Positions 38,382 through 47,559 of a DNA stretch of 64,000 nt are shown piece by piece; within the stretch, counting starts at the first letter, position 1; each line of letters opens with the position of its first letter. Made by a program: the position numbers and the translations under genes. This stretch comes from an uncultured Patescibacteria group bacterium (lineage in GTDB: Bacteria; Patescibacteriota; Microgenomatia; UBA1400; PJMF01). The stretch spans positions 1,598-65,597 of the forward strand of contig CAJQIG010000005.1 in assembly GCA_905478415.1 (NCBI GenBank), given 5' to 3'. Under the pieces are notes generated by a model, which saw nothing but the letters and a program-made list of their open reading frames with translations, had not been told where the DNA came from and made no database searches.

Positions 38382-38581
38382 GGTAGCACGACTTAGATGT
38401 TAATACTTGTCTATTAAAAAATATTATACAGGGACAGTTTTATTTTGTCACTGAATTGTACTTAATAAATCTTGAATGCAAGGGATTTAGTGCTCCCCGT
38501 AATGGATTCGATACGAACTGCAATACTCGAGGCAGGCACTAATAAGTGGCTATACACTGAAGAATTTTTAACTAGTCCAGT

Positions 38582-39895
38582 TTAAAAAACACCTCTTTCA
38601 TTTAGTCTTTCAACTGAAATACCCTTTTGTAGGTCTTTAAACCCAAAGCTCCAATGTATGTCACGTGTTTTTTCAGCTACATATTCTTTCAAATCCGATT
38701 CATTCGATAGTGTCATTGTGTCTATAGCAATATCCCACGACCTTTGAGCAAAAACAGAAGTTCGAGGTTCTGGCCACATTGTTCTAATGGCAGGGTCTAT
38801 ATAAACATTTTCCATACCATTAATTTCCATAGTGCCTAAAATACTACCGCTAAATCCAAGTTTTTCATACATTTTACCTGCACCACTCAAGGTAACATAT
38901 AGTTGTGCAGCAAACCAAGAAAGGTAAATCGTTGGAGCACCACCCTCACCTGTTTTAAGAACATTTGTTGATGTGGACATCAAACCATTTGCGAAAACTT
39001 GTTGAGAATCTATTCCTCCATCTCTTCTTTTCCAACTTAGATGAATCATTCCTTCACTAATTGAGTCCCAATGAGTTGCCCTCGATGGAAAAGATGCAAA
39101 TCTAGTTCTAAATTCGGATTCCTGAATGAGCGTTTCAATATCTAAAGGTCTAATAAGCTCAGTCTGAGGAAAAAAAGGCTGTAAAGTTATATCTAACATT
39201 GCTACATTAATACCTAAATTGTGTTGAAATATTTGTGACTTGAATGGTGGCAAAGTATCCCCGTCTTCAAGGTGGATTTTCTTTGCTTCATAGTTTTGCT
39301 TTTCAACCTCAATTTCGTTCTTTCTTTCTCTATCTGCACTCTTTAGAAAGCTTTTATAGTTTAACTCAGCTCGGTTCTTATTATTATTTCTAGAAATCTG
39401 AGCCTTTTCACGCTTGCCAAACAGAAGTTCAATGTGCTCTGGCGATGCGATGTTCACAGACTTCTTTGTGCTTCCAGTTCTAATCCAAATATTACTGTCA
39501 TTATGAGCATAGTAAGGTGTTTCATTTCCTTCATATATTCTTAAGAGAAGAAATACTTTACCATTGTTGTCATTTGTCTTGTGAACCCCAAAACTTGGAA
39601 TAGGGGATATGTTGCCAATAACTTGAGCAATGTACTCATCGTGCCTTCCATCATCAATACCCTCCCATTTTGTTGGTTCACCTGTTTTTCTGTTTTCTCT
39701 AATACCTACAACAATTACGCCACCGCGAGTATTTGCGAACGCACAAACCAGCTTTGCTAGTTTCATCTTATCTGGAAGCTCCTCCTTGTAATCCAATTGC
39801 ATGCCTTCTGAATTTTTTTCTTCGGCAAAACTAACAACATCATCAAAAGAAAATTCACTCAATTTTTTAGTCAATATCTCCATTTTAGTCTCCAA
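38582..39895 (-). CDS. AlbA_2 / Schlafen-like (divergent AAA-associated DNA/RNA-binding) domain protein with an unknown ~230-aa C-terminal domain
   Basis: N-terminal ...LDYKEELPDKMKLAKLVCAFANTRGGVIVVGIRENRKTGEPTKWEGIDD... matches the AlbA_2 core (E.lEFK..l......l.k.vcAFANt.GG.l.iGv.d.g...Gi). Confidence 0.6.
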   Translation of the reverse strand: METKMEILTKKLSEFSFDDVVSFAEEKNSEGMQLDYKEELPDKMKLAKLVCAFANTRGGVIVVGIRENRKTGEPTKWEGIDDGRHDEYIAQVIGNISPIPSFGVHKTNDNNGKVFLLLRIYEGNETPYYAHNDSNIWIRTGSTKKSVNIASPEHIELLFGKREKAQISRNNNKNRAELNYKSFLKSADRERKNEIEVEKQNYEAKKIHLEDGDTLPPFKSQIFQHNLGINVAMLDITLQPFFPQTELIRPLDIETLIQESEFRTRFASFPSRATHWDSISEGMIHLSWKRRDGGIDSQQVFANGLMSTSTNVLKTGEGGAPTIYLSWFAAQLYVTLSGAGKMYEKLGFSGSILGTMEINGMENVYIDPAIRTMWPEPRTSVFAQRSWDIAIDTMTLSNESDLKEYVAEKTRDIHWSFGFKDLQKGISVERLNERGVF

Positions 39896-40122
39896 TCCTT
39901 TTCAACTCATCTAAATATCTGTTAACTAACTCAGCCATTTTTTTCTGTATCCTAACCTACTAAGTCACCAGCTAAGTCATGAGTAAATTCAAATAAATCA
40001 ATGAAATTCTCGTTACTGCCAATGTTCATTGTAGCATCACTAGAATACGAGTTCATACCTTTAGGGTTAGGTAGCACGACTTAGATGTTAATACTTGTCT
40101 ATGGCTATATTATAGCGCGCTC

Positions 40123-40812
40123 TTAATTTTTTTTACGCAAAATGATTGTTTTTGTTTTATTTGAAGAAGTGTTACTTTTTAGATTATCGGAGTTTATTGA
40201 ACTATCATAGAAATTGCAACTGTCCAAATTACTAGTGTTTAATGTCTCAGCAAATTTGCTATTTGGAAAAAATTCAGTACAAAGCATTGCTAATCCATTT
40301 TTTTTATTAGCAAATGTTTGATAAACTTGATTATTTTCGCAGATGTTTTCAAGAGTATTTTTTATATAAGTATTAAGGTGATACTTCCAAACAACACCCT
40401 GACAAAAGGAATTTCCCAAACCCTCAAACACATCTATTACTAAACGAACTTGCAATTCATTTTGAACATATTGGTCATTTTTTAATGACTCAACTATGAG
40501 GAGATTTTCTTTATCTTGATACAAGTCAGAATAAGCTTCGGCAGTTTGCTCTTGGCTTAATTTAGCTTTTTGAAAGAGTTGGTTTTCTTCTTGAATTTTA
40601 ACTGACTTATCAGCTTTTTCACCAGCTTCTATTGCAATAATATTCGATTCTTTTGAAATGATATTTGATTCTTTAGCAATAGATTGAGATGCAATTAGGG
40701 AAATAATAGACACGATAAGAGCACATATGCTTATCGTTGTTGACTTGTTTTTTTTGAGGTACACAACTAGCTTATTTAAGCTGAGGTTTCCCTGCTTCTT
40801 CGAGTTTGGCAT
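40123..40812 (-). CDS. Hypothetical membrane-anchored, low-complexity (Asn/Ser/Lys-rich) protein
   Basis: A 229-aa ORF with an N-terminal TM. It overlaps the upstream DUF4145 gene by 41 bp, so it appears to be in an operon with the AlbA_2 and DUF4145 genes. Confidence 0.35.
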   Translation of the reverse strand: MPNSKKQGNLSLNKLVVYLKKNKSTTISICALIVSIISLIASQSIAKESNIISKESNIIAIEAGEKADKSVKIQEENQLFQKAKLSQEQTAEAYSDLYQDKENLLIVESLKNDQYVQNELQVRLVIDVFEGLGNSFCQGVVWKYHLNTYIKNTLENICENNQVYQTFANKKNGLAMLCTEFFPNSKFAETLNTSNLDSCNFYDSSINSDNLKSNTSSNKTKTIILRKKN

Positions 40813-41455
40813 TTAATTTTTTTCTTTTGGCTTCTAAAATAGCAGGTTGAACAAAGTAATAATCAAAAAGACTCTCAATCACATCGAGATTCCATTCTGC
40901 TTCACCTTCCTCCACGTCCACAATCCCACCAGTGTTTTTACTTTTGATTGGATGTGCTGCAAAGTTCCCAACCACACGAATAGCATCAATGCCTTGTGAT
41001 ATTGATGATGGTAGGCCTCCATTGTCTAATACTTGTTGAATTTCACTATCAAGGCTTCCTGCTTTAACATTGATTGTTTCAATTTTACCTGTTTCGCTAT
41101 GTAACACCTTGAGCTTTGCTTTTTCTCTAAGTATGTGTTGCAAACATCTTCTGCTTAAAGCTGCACTAGCCTTGGGACTATCCTGAAGGACGTTTGCTGC
41201 TTCTAAATATTCATGCGTGTATTCACTTGGGATTTCTTTTGAAATGGGACTTCTGGCTATGTTTTTAGGATACACTACTATATTGGAACTTCCTCCGCCA
41301 TCTTTTGGTATTTTTCTAAATCTTATTATTGCTTTACCACATTCAGGACAAATCATTGAACTTATATACCAGTGTGCATCAATATCTGAAATAGAGTTGC
41401 GAGATAGTTCAGAAAATGATTCGTGTATAGATGTTTTACAATGTGGACATATCAT
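40772..41455 (-). CDS. Zinc-ribbon + DUF4145 domain protein
   Basis: N-terminal CPHC...(x27)...CPEC is a four-Cys zinc ribbon. C-terminal ...AALSRRCLQHILRE...IDAIRVVGNFAAHPIKSKNTGGIVDVEEGEAEWNLDVIESLFDYYFVQP matches the DUF4145 pattern (R..lE..l......ld.iR..GN.aaH......i..eea...l..le.ll...f). Confidence 0.6.
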   Translation of the reverse strand: MICPHCKTSIHESFSELSRNSISDIDAHWYISSMICPECGKAIIRFRKIPKDGGGSSNIVVYPKNIARSPISKEIPSEYTHEYLEAANVLQDSPKASAALSRRCLQHILREKAKLKVLHSETGKIETINVKAGSLDSEIQQVLDNGGLPSSISQGIDAIRVVGNFAAHPIKSKNTGGIVDVEEGEAEWNLDVIESLFDYYFVQPAILEAKRKKLNAKLEEAGKPQLK

Positions 41456-42326
41456 GTTTATATTATACCAAAGTATTCCGAAAAGGTTTTACCTCGATAT
41501 AACAAAAATATTTTATTGCATAGTAAACAATACCCTATTATTATTCCCCTGCCATAAGTACTGGATAATTAACCTAGAGTAGCTATACATGATTAGTATC
41601 CAGTGGACTTAGCCTAGTCTGACTTTCTAGGTCGAATTAACACTGGGTTGTAGACTGGTGTTATTTATGGGCTCCCGCAGGACAATAATGACCCCCGTGC
41701 AAGTTCACTTATAGTCAAAACCATAAGCTATCAATCACGCTCAGCGCAGTCTCTAAGGTACAACAGACCTCTTCAATATATTTTTAATATTTCCGTCACC
41801 ACTATTTCCAGGGCCTAGTGGCAAGCCCTCGTATCCATTCTCGCGGTTAATTTAAAGACACCCGCTACTGCTAGAATAAAGCTCACCTGTGTCTGTGGTG
41901 GTAATAAAAAAACCACCAAAATAGGTTTCTCATGTTTTTCCTACTTGGTGGTTTCAAATGAAACACACTATATGTTTTTTCTCGCTGTAATAAAAAAATC
42001 CACTTAGACGTAGTTAGTATTGTGTATGCTGTGAGGCTACTAACCACGTCCAAATGGACTTTTCATACACATAACTATACCTACCCTCTATATTGTCCCA
42101 ATAAAGACCGTTTGTCAATAGATAAAAGCTTGATAAATCAGACAAAATAGACAATGATGAGCAAGTAGATAACTATGTAGTATTATAGGGCCTCACACCA
42201 ATGTTTATCTTGCTTTAGGTTTTGAGCTACTGGTAACACCCACACCCCCCTCTGTGAGAAAGGGGCCCTTTAACCCGAGTTGGACTACTAGTAGAAGGTA
42301 TTATAAGGATATTTTTTTTCCTTTTT

Positions 42327-44408
42327 TTACCACTCTTTTGGAGGATTTTCAAAAAGGTCTATTAATTCCAAAGCTCTTTTGCCAATATTTTTACCTTTTG
42401 AGCTCTTATAAATCATAATTCTCTTTTCAATTTCTTTAATTGGGTATAACTCGCCTAATGACTTAAGACCTAATGTTTCGTATGAACCTTTATTTGAAGA
42501 GTGAACCATACCTGTAAAACCATCTAATAATTTAATTAACCCTACATCATCTTGAACTAATTTTCGAATGTAATTCTTGACGCTCTTTTCATTTCCCCAC
42601 TTCAACCACCTGAATAATATTACATCTAGGCGAGTTTCATCTTCGAGTTTCCCATTCTTTACTTTCTTTTTTATTAATTTTAAAACCTCTTTTCTGAATT
42701 TTTCTACAAATTTTTTGTCAACTAATATATCTTTATCATTTTTTTCTATTTGCTCACCAAAGACATCAAGGAGTCTAAGAGAAAAATGAATATTTTGAGT
42801 TTCATTCATAGTGTTAAGAATAAAATCAGCACGTTTATCTTTTGAAACAATATTCTTTAGGGCCTGGTATGTCAAGCGACCCACTTGAGTGTTAAAGTCA
42901 TTTAACCCAAACAATCCACTCTGAGTATCTGAGACATGTCCATCAATATTCCATAAATTCACTATTATTTTTTGGATTTGTTCTTGGGTAATTTTTTCAA
43001 TTCTGTCTAATAACAAATCAATAGTCTTAGTCAGTTTCTTTTCTTTATCTAGTAATAAAAACTTTTCTTTCAAAGAATCTTCATTTGTTTTTGTAGAAAG
43101 AACTGCTTGCACCTCAACTTCTGAAACCTCATCTTCAGGCACACTTAGCTGAAAATAAAAATCGAATTTTTGCTCTGAACAAATTCTCTTTTGTAGACGC
43201 CATTCTCTTTCATAACTTGAACCACTCGATGAATCCATCTTCAACTGAGGAAAAAGTTCTCTTGTTATTCCATCTATTGACGACATAAATTCTTTAGGAA
43301 CGATTTTTTCATTATCTAAAATTTCTTTATAAATTTTTTGACGTTCTTCATCTCTTTCTCTTGAAGGAAAACTAAGTAATGAATCATCTTTATTCAAAAA
43401 AACATACTTGTTACCAGCAATAACATTATAATATGTTGGGACAAAAATTCTTAAAGCTTCTACCGCAATAAAATCCACTGGATTAACATCTTCCTTGTTA
43501 ACTACAGACCAATTTAGTTGAAGAGAACTCAAAAAACGATTAATATCTCTAATGGTAACAAACAAATTACTAAAACCATTTCTAAATATGGCTTCCCAAT
43601 GCTTCTGTTCTTCACTGTCAAAAACATATGTACCGTAAATAGAATCTAGTGTTTTATCTAATCCAGAAAACAAAACACCTCTTAGGTTCTGTTTATCTGG
43701 AACTGGGATTGTAAATGATACCTGAATAATTTTTTTAAGATAGTCATGTCCTTCAATTCCACGTTCTGTTATCCTACTCGCTACTTTTTCTCTATCATAT
43801 GCAAGTAAAAAAACCGTGTTTGGGAAGTTTGCTGTCATTTTAACCATCTTTAATATCAGTAATGTCTCCTGTTTATCTAGGCGGTCAATATCATCAATTA
43901 CTACCAAAATTTTCTTTCTCCGCCTTTTTAAAAGAACATCAATCGATTCTCTTATTTCAGTTAAAGTTTGAACACCACCATATTTTTTAATTTTTCCTGG
44001 TGAAAACTCAAAAAACCAAAGAAATTTTACAGAAGGATTAAACTCAAACATGGACTGTTTAAGTAGTTTTGAAGAATAATTTGTAAGTTTCTGCTTCAAT
44101 TCGTCTTTTTCACCATTTTTATCTAATGCAGCAGTAAATGAGTCAAAAAAATCGGAAATTAGTTGATTTTGACTAGAAAAATTCCAAGGATTGAACTTAA
44201 TAATAACGACATCTTTTCTTTTAAAATTTTCAAGAATTAAATTTATAAATGACGTTTTTCCTGCACCCCATATACCTTCAATACCAATAACATAGCTTTC
44301 TTTGCCTTTATAATTCTTAATTAGCTGTGCTACCTTTTCAGCTAATGGCGCCCTTTTTAAAACGTCTTCTTTACCTTTTTTTTGTATTGGTGAATCAGTT
44401 GATATCAT
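42327..44408 (-). CDS. KAP-family P-loop NTPase
   Basis: N-terminal Walker A GIEGIWGAGKTSFINLIL, followed by a long helical region with VVIDDIDRLDKQE (Walker B-like DD). This is typical KAP NTPase architecture and length (693 aa). Confidence 0.7.
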   Translation of the reverse strand: MISTDSPIQKKGKEDVLKRAPLAEKVAQLIKNYKGKESYVIGIEGIWGAGKTSFINLILENFKRKDVVIIKFNPWNFSSQNQLISDFFDSFTAALDKNGEKDELKQKLTNYSSKLLKQSMFEFNPSVKFLWFFEFSPGKIKKYGGVQTLTEIRESIDVLLKRRRKKILVVIDDIDRLDKQETLLILKMVKMTANFPNTVFLLAYDREKVASRITERGIEGHDYLKKIIQVSFTIPVPDKQNLRGVLFSGLDKTLDSIYGTYVFDSEEQKHWEAIFRNGFSNLFVTIRDINRFLSSLQLNWSVVNKEDVNPVDFIAVEALRIFVPTYYNVIAGNKYVFLNKDDSLLSFPSRERDEERQKIYKEILDNEKIVPKEFMSSIDGITRELFPQLKMDSSSGSSYEREWRLQKRICSEQKFDFYFQLSVPEDEVSEVEVQAVLSTKTNEDSLKEKFLLLDKEKKLTKTIDLLLDRIEKITQEQIQKIIVNLWNIDGHVSDTQSGLFGLNDFNTQVGRLTYQALKNIVSKDKRADFILNTMNETQNIHFSLRLLDVFGEQIEKNDKDILVDKKFVEKFRKEVLKLIKKKVKNGKLEDETRLDVILFRWLKWGNEKSVKNYIRKLVQDDVGLIKLLDGFTGMVHSSNKGSYETLGLKSLGELYPIKEIEKRIMIYKSSKGKNIGKRALELIDLFENPPKEW

Positions 44409-44485
44409 ATTGATATACTATCACAAAACTTTTTCAAATTTTTACTTTCTTAGTATTAACATGACCTGTTGTATAATAAAGAAAA

Positions 44486-44606
44486 CTCGCGGCTATTATT
44501 ACACCTTTTTTAGGTGAGTTTTTACTTGTCGTTAATGATAGGCAGCCCTATCTGTCAAACGACAAGTCGTAGCCGCGAGGAAGTCTAGGATGGGCTGCCT
44601 TTTTTT
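44486..44606 (+). promoter_or_regulatory. Candidate cis-regulatory leader RNA. It has nested perfect inverted repeats (10-bp, 10-bp, 6-bp and 4-bp stems) plus an alternative 8-bp pairing and a U7 tract. A putative -10 (TATAAT 44472..44477) lies upstream. The downstream gene starts at 44629.
   Basis: P1 is CTCGCGGCTA (44486..95) pairing with TAGCCGCGAG (44570..79). P2 is CACC-ttttttta-GGTG. P3 is ACTTGTCGTT (44524..33) pairing with AACGACAAGT (44558..67). The inner hairpin is GATAGG-cagc-CCTATC. GGCAGCCC (44541..48) is complementary to GGGCTGCC (44592..99), which is followed directly by TTTTTTT. Confidence 0.45.
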
Positions 44607-44628
44607 GAAAAGCCCAAGGAAGGAACTC

Positions 44629-45303
44629 ATGATTCAACTCGGGCTATTTTTTTTAGGAATTTTTGTATACACATTTGGTCTTAATCTTTTTGCACAATAC
44701 CGCAGAGGACAAATGCAATTTGGTGGCGTACTTGGAATTTTTGCCGCCTGTTGGGCTTTGTTCACTAACATTTATTTGTTCCTGGTAATGATTCCTTTAT
44801 TCTTCATTTTCCGCAAACTTGCTAGTTATTTAGTCTTCCTCTTTTTCAAGAAACAATATCCCAAAGCAGTGAACCTTGATTGGAAAACATTTCAGTTACG
44901 AGAAACATACAGAGAAAATAAAAAACCTGAAAACTTACTAGACGGCAAATGTCTTGAGGGCATGGTGAGTAAAATGGAAGCAAAAAATAAAGAGCTGGAA
45001 GAATTTTGTGACAACGCATACAAGGTCACAGGTATTAAAGAAACTTTGCAAAAACATGATGAAAAGAAGGAGAGTCTGAAAAGTATCTATAGTCAGGTTC
45101 TAACTAGTTATGGAGGAATTTTTACCGCGAAAGCAATAATTACTGCTCCTTACTACCTCAACAAATATCTTGAAACAATCAATAAACCTGGTCATTTCTT
45201 AAAACCAAATACTGAAATCAAAATGTTTGGTGATATTGACCCTAAAGAGAAACAGTTTCTGGGAAGTCTCAATGAGTCATTTGGATTCCCTGACTTAATA
45301 TAA
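44629..45303 (+). CDS. Hypothetical membrane protein. The start at 44629 (RBS AAGGAAGG 44616..44623) is preferred over the ORF-track start at 44590.
   Basis: Two N-terminal TM helices, then a soluble Lys/Glu-rich domain. There is a good Shine-Dalgarno sequence 5 bp upstream of the Met at 44629. Confidence 0.4.
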   Translation: MIQLGLFFLGIFVYTFGLNLFAQYRRGQMQFGGVLGIFAACWALFTNIYLFLVMIPLFFIFRKLASYLVFLFFKKQYPKAVNLDWKTFQLRETYRENKKPENLLDGKCLEGMVSKMEAKNKELEEFCDNAYKVTGIKETLQKHDEKKESLKSIYSQVLTSYGGIFTAKAIITAPYYLNKYLETINKPGHFLKPNTEIKMFGDIDPKEKQFLGSLNESFGFPDLI

Positions 45304-45320
45304 CAACCAAGAAAGGAAGC

Positions 45321-45647
45321 ATGAGCAAGAATTACTTAGCGCTTAGCACTGTTGCAACAGTGTCATTAGTAGGAATCCTAGCTATACTTTTCTACACAAC
45401 CTTCGTGGTTAGACCTAGAGAACAAGCACTACAAAAGCATATTGCAGTTATGCAGGCTTGCAATCAGCAACGTCTATACATGACTTGGGAGCTAAAAAAC
45501 TCACTAAATGATGTGAGCGAGTTTGCTCCTCAAGAAGAAAAAGACCTTATAAACCAGACATTGGATAATGCTACAGGATATTTTCATAGCTCTGATTTTT
45601 TTGATACATGTTTCGAAAAAACTATAGAGGAATGGAATTTAAATTAA
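45321..45647 (+). CDS. Small hypothetical membrane-anchored protein
   Basis: A 108-aa ORF with one N-terminal TM. Confidence 0.35.
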   Translation: MSKNYLALSTVATVSLVGILAILFYTTFVVRPREQALQKHIAVMQACNQQRLYMTWELKNSLNDVSEFAPQEEKDLINQTLDNATGYFHSSDFFDTCFEKTIEEWNLN

Positions 45648-46006
45648 TTTGTTTCAATTGGCTTACTTTTTAGTATGTAGGCTTCATGAACTTTAAAACC
45701 ATTAACTTTCTCATTTTGAAGGTGGAATCCTTCTTTGTATTTTAAAAATAGTTCAGTTATGTGGTCTTGGACAGGGAATATTCCAATTCTTGCAATAGAT
45801 TTATTTTCTTCTTCACTTAGATTTTCTCTCATTTTAGAGGCGACAAGGTTAAAGATTTCTGTTCTATTTTCGTCAGTAATCCAGTCAGCAGAAACTAATA
45901 CTGACCACTTATCTATGAAATCATCCATTCTCATTATGGCAAAAAGAGTAAAGTTGCCTTTTTGAGCTTCAATTTCGTTAGTAATTAATTTAAATTTTTC
46001 TACCAT
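45644..46006 (-). CDS. Hypothetical protein. Its start overlaps the stop of the upstream HEPN gene.
   Basis: A 120-aa ORF. It overlaps the 46000..46458 gene by 7 bp (operon). No minimal-nucleotidyltransferase motif is seen. Confidence 0.35.
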   Translation of the reverse strand: MVEKFKLITNEIEAQKGNFTLFAIMRMDDFIDKWSVLVSADWITDENRTEIFNLVASKMRENLSEEENKSIARIGIFPVQDHITELFLKYKEGFHLQNEKVNGFKVHEAYILKSKPIETN

Positions 46007-46458
46007 CTTTTCTTTAAGTATACAAGAATCCCATTTGAATTATTAGTAAGAGCATTGTAAACAGATTTAACTTTTGATTCAGTCCAGTAATTTGGTTGAT
46101 ATCGCATATTTACCCATTGCTGGTTTCCTGGCAGAACATAATCTTGCGTGGCAGCAGACCATGATGCAAAATAGGGATTATTTCCTACATTTGTGAACTT
46201 GTTCGATAATCCGGATAATATTTGAAGTTTGTCTAGTTCATGAGTTCTGAAAATGGTTCGTATGTTGTTATCAACGCTGCTATCATCAGCTGGGTAACTT
46301 ACCAGGTCAAGTTTCTTACAAACGCAAGCCTTAAGGGCACATTCCAACACAAAGCCCATTGTGTAGCCTGCATAATCATAATCCCCTGCTTCAATTAAAA
46401 TTTTTGCAGCCTTTATTCTCGCTCGTGTTATCTTTTTTAGTTCGGTGCGTGTTGCCAT
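46000..46458 (-). CDS. HEPN-domain protein (putative RNase/abortive-infection-type)
   Basis: The N-terminal helix pair ARIKAAKILIEAGDYDYAGYTMGFVLECALKACVCKKL is typical of HEPN. A candidate R-x(4-6)-H motif is present in RTIFRTHELDKL. Confidence 0.45.
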   Translation of the reverse strand: MATRTELKKITRARIKAAKILIEAGDYDYAGYTMGFVLECALKACVCKKLDLVSYPADDSSVDNNIRTIFRTHELDKLQILSGLSNKFTNVGNNPYFASWSAATQDYVLPGNQQWVNMRYQPNYWTESKVKSVYNALTNNSNGILVYLKKRW

Positions 46459-46479
46459 TACAATATTACGATTTTATCA

Positions 46480-47559
46480 TTATTTTGATATGTTTTGATG
46501 TTCAAATGCTTGTTTGTCACTAACCATAATTTCAATGATTAATTTCCCTTTTTTTCTACATTCTTTTATTGTAAAACGCTTATCATTTTTTATCCCTGAT
46601 TCATCTAGTCTTCGTTGCTCCAGGTCAAGGCGAGTTTCTGAACTTTCATCTTTCAACCACAAAGGGTCGTACATACGCTGTACGTCACTTTTGCCCTTTG
46701 TTGAAAATTGTCGGTAAATGTTTAGAGTAACATTGATACCTTTGTGACCCATTACTTCTTTGACGTCTATCGGTTTTGCCCCAGCATCAATCATTGCTGT
46801 AGTTTTAATATGCCTAAAACGGTGCAAGGTAATTCTTTTCTTGATACCATGTTCTTTTAAAGATTCTCTCCAGGATTTTGCAACACCTTCTGGGTTTGCA
46901 GGGAAAACCTTTTCCCAGTTTGTCCTATTTTTGAGAGTATCGATATATTTGGGAGGTATTATCATTATTTCCCTCCTTCTCCCCTTTCTTAGAACCTCAA
47001 AATAAGGTTCAGGCACATCGAAGTGAAGGTCATCACCTGTGACATGTGTAAGCTCCTCTTTTCTTGCACCGGTTAGAAGTAGCATGATGAGATACAGTCT
47101 TCGCTCATTCTTTCTTTCTCTGACTAGTTTATTATCCGTTGGTTTTATTTCATTACTTTTATTCGCTAGGCTAAGCGCTAATTCAGGTGAAATCATGTCC
47201 TTTTTCCTATTATCAACAATGACGAAAGGGACCTGCCTGGAAAAGTTATGGCTAATGTGTTGGTACAAAAAGAGCCAGTTAATGAAAGAGCGAATCATTC
47301 GTATTTCAGTGTTCAGAGATGAAGGCTTCCATGGTTTTTTTAGATTATCATTCTTGTGACAACCATACCTTCTCAGCTTTTCGAGGTAAGCTATGATGTT
47401 TTTGGTTATCAAGGATTGATTCCCAAATTCTCGGGTAAATCTGTGAAAGAATTCACGTTTCTTTTTTTGTGTCTTGGGAGACTCATTTTTTCGCAGAGGA
47501 ACATCGATGCAGTACTCCTTTAGGAGTGTGTGGAGTTTTTTCCCTTGGATTGCTACCAT
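46480..47559 (-). CDS. Tyrosine recombinase / phage-type integrase
   Basis: C-terminal catalytic motifs: ...LLLTGARKEEL (Arg), ...ITLHRFRHIKTTAMIDAGAKPIDVKEVMGHKGINVTLNIYRQ (H-x-x-R ... H ... Y). It is adjacent to tRNA-Lys. Confidence 0.85.
   Translation of the reverse strand: MVAIQGKKLHTLLKEYCIDVPLRKNESPKTQKKKREFFHRFTREFGNQSLITKNIIAYLEKLRRYGCHKNDNLKKPWKPSSLNTEIRMIRSFINWLFLYQHISHNFSRQVPFVIVDNRKKDMISPELALSLANKSNEIKPTDNKLVRERKNERRLYLIMLLLTGARKEELTHVTGDDLHFDVPEPYFEVLRKGRRREIMIIPPKYIDTLKNRTNWEKVFPANPEGVAKSWRESLKEHGIKKRITLHRFRHIKTTAMIDAGAKPIDVKEVMGHKGINVTLNIYRQFSTKGKSDVQRMYDPLWLKDESSETRLDLEQRRLDESGIKNDKRFTIKECRKKGKLIIEIMVSDKQAFEHQNISK

Noticed and set aside
44590-44628. ORF-track start codon ATG at 44590 for the membrane protein
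   Set aside because: This ATG lies inside the nested palindrome/U-tract leader and has no RBS. The Met at 44629 has an AAGGAAGG Shine-Dalgarno 5 bp upstream.
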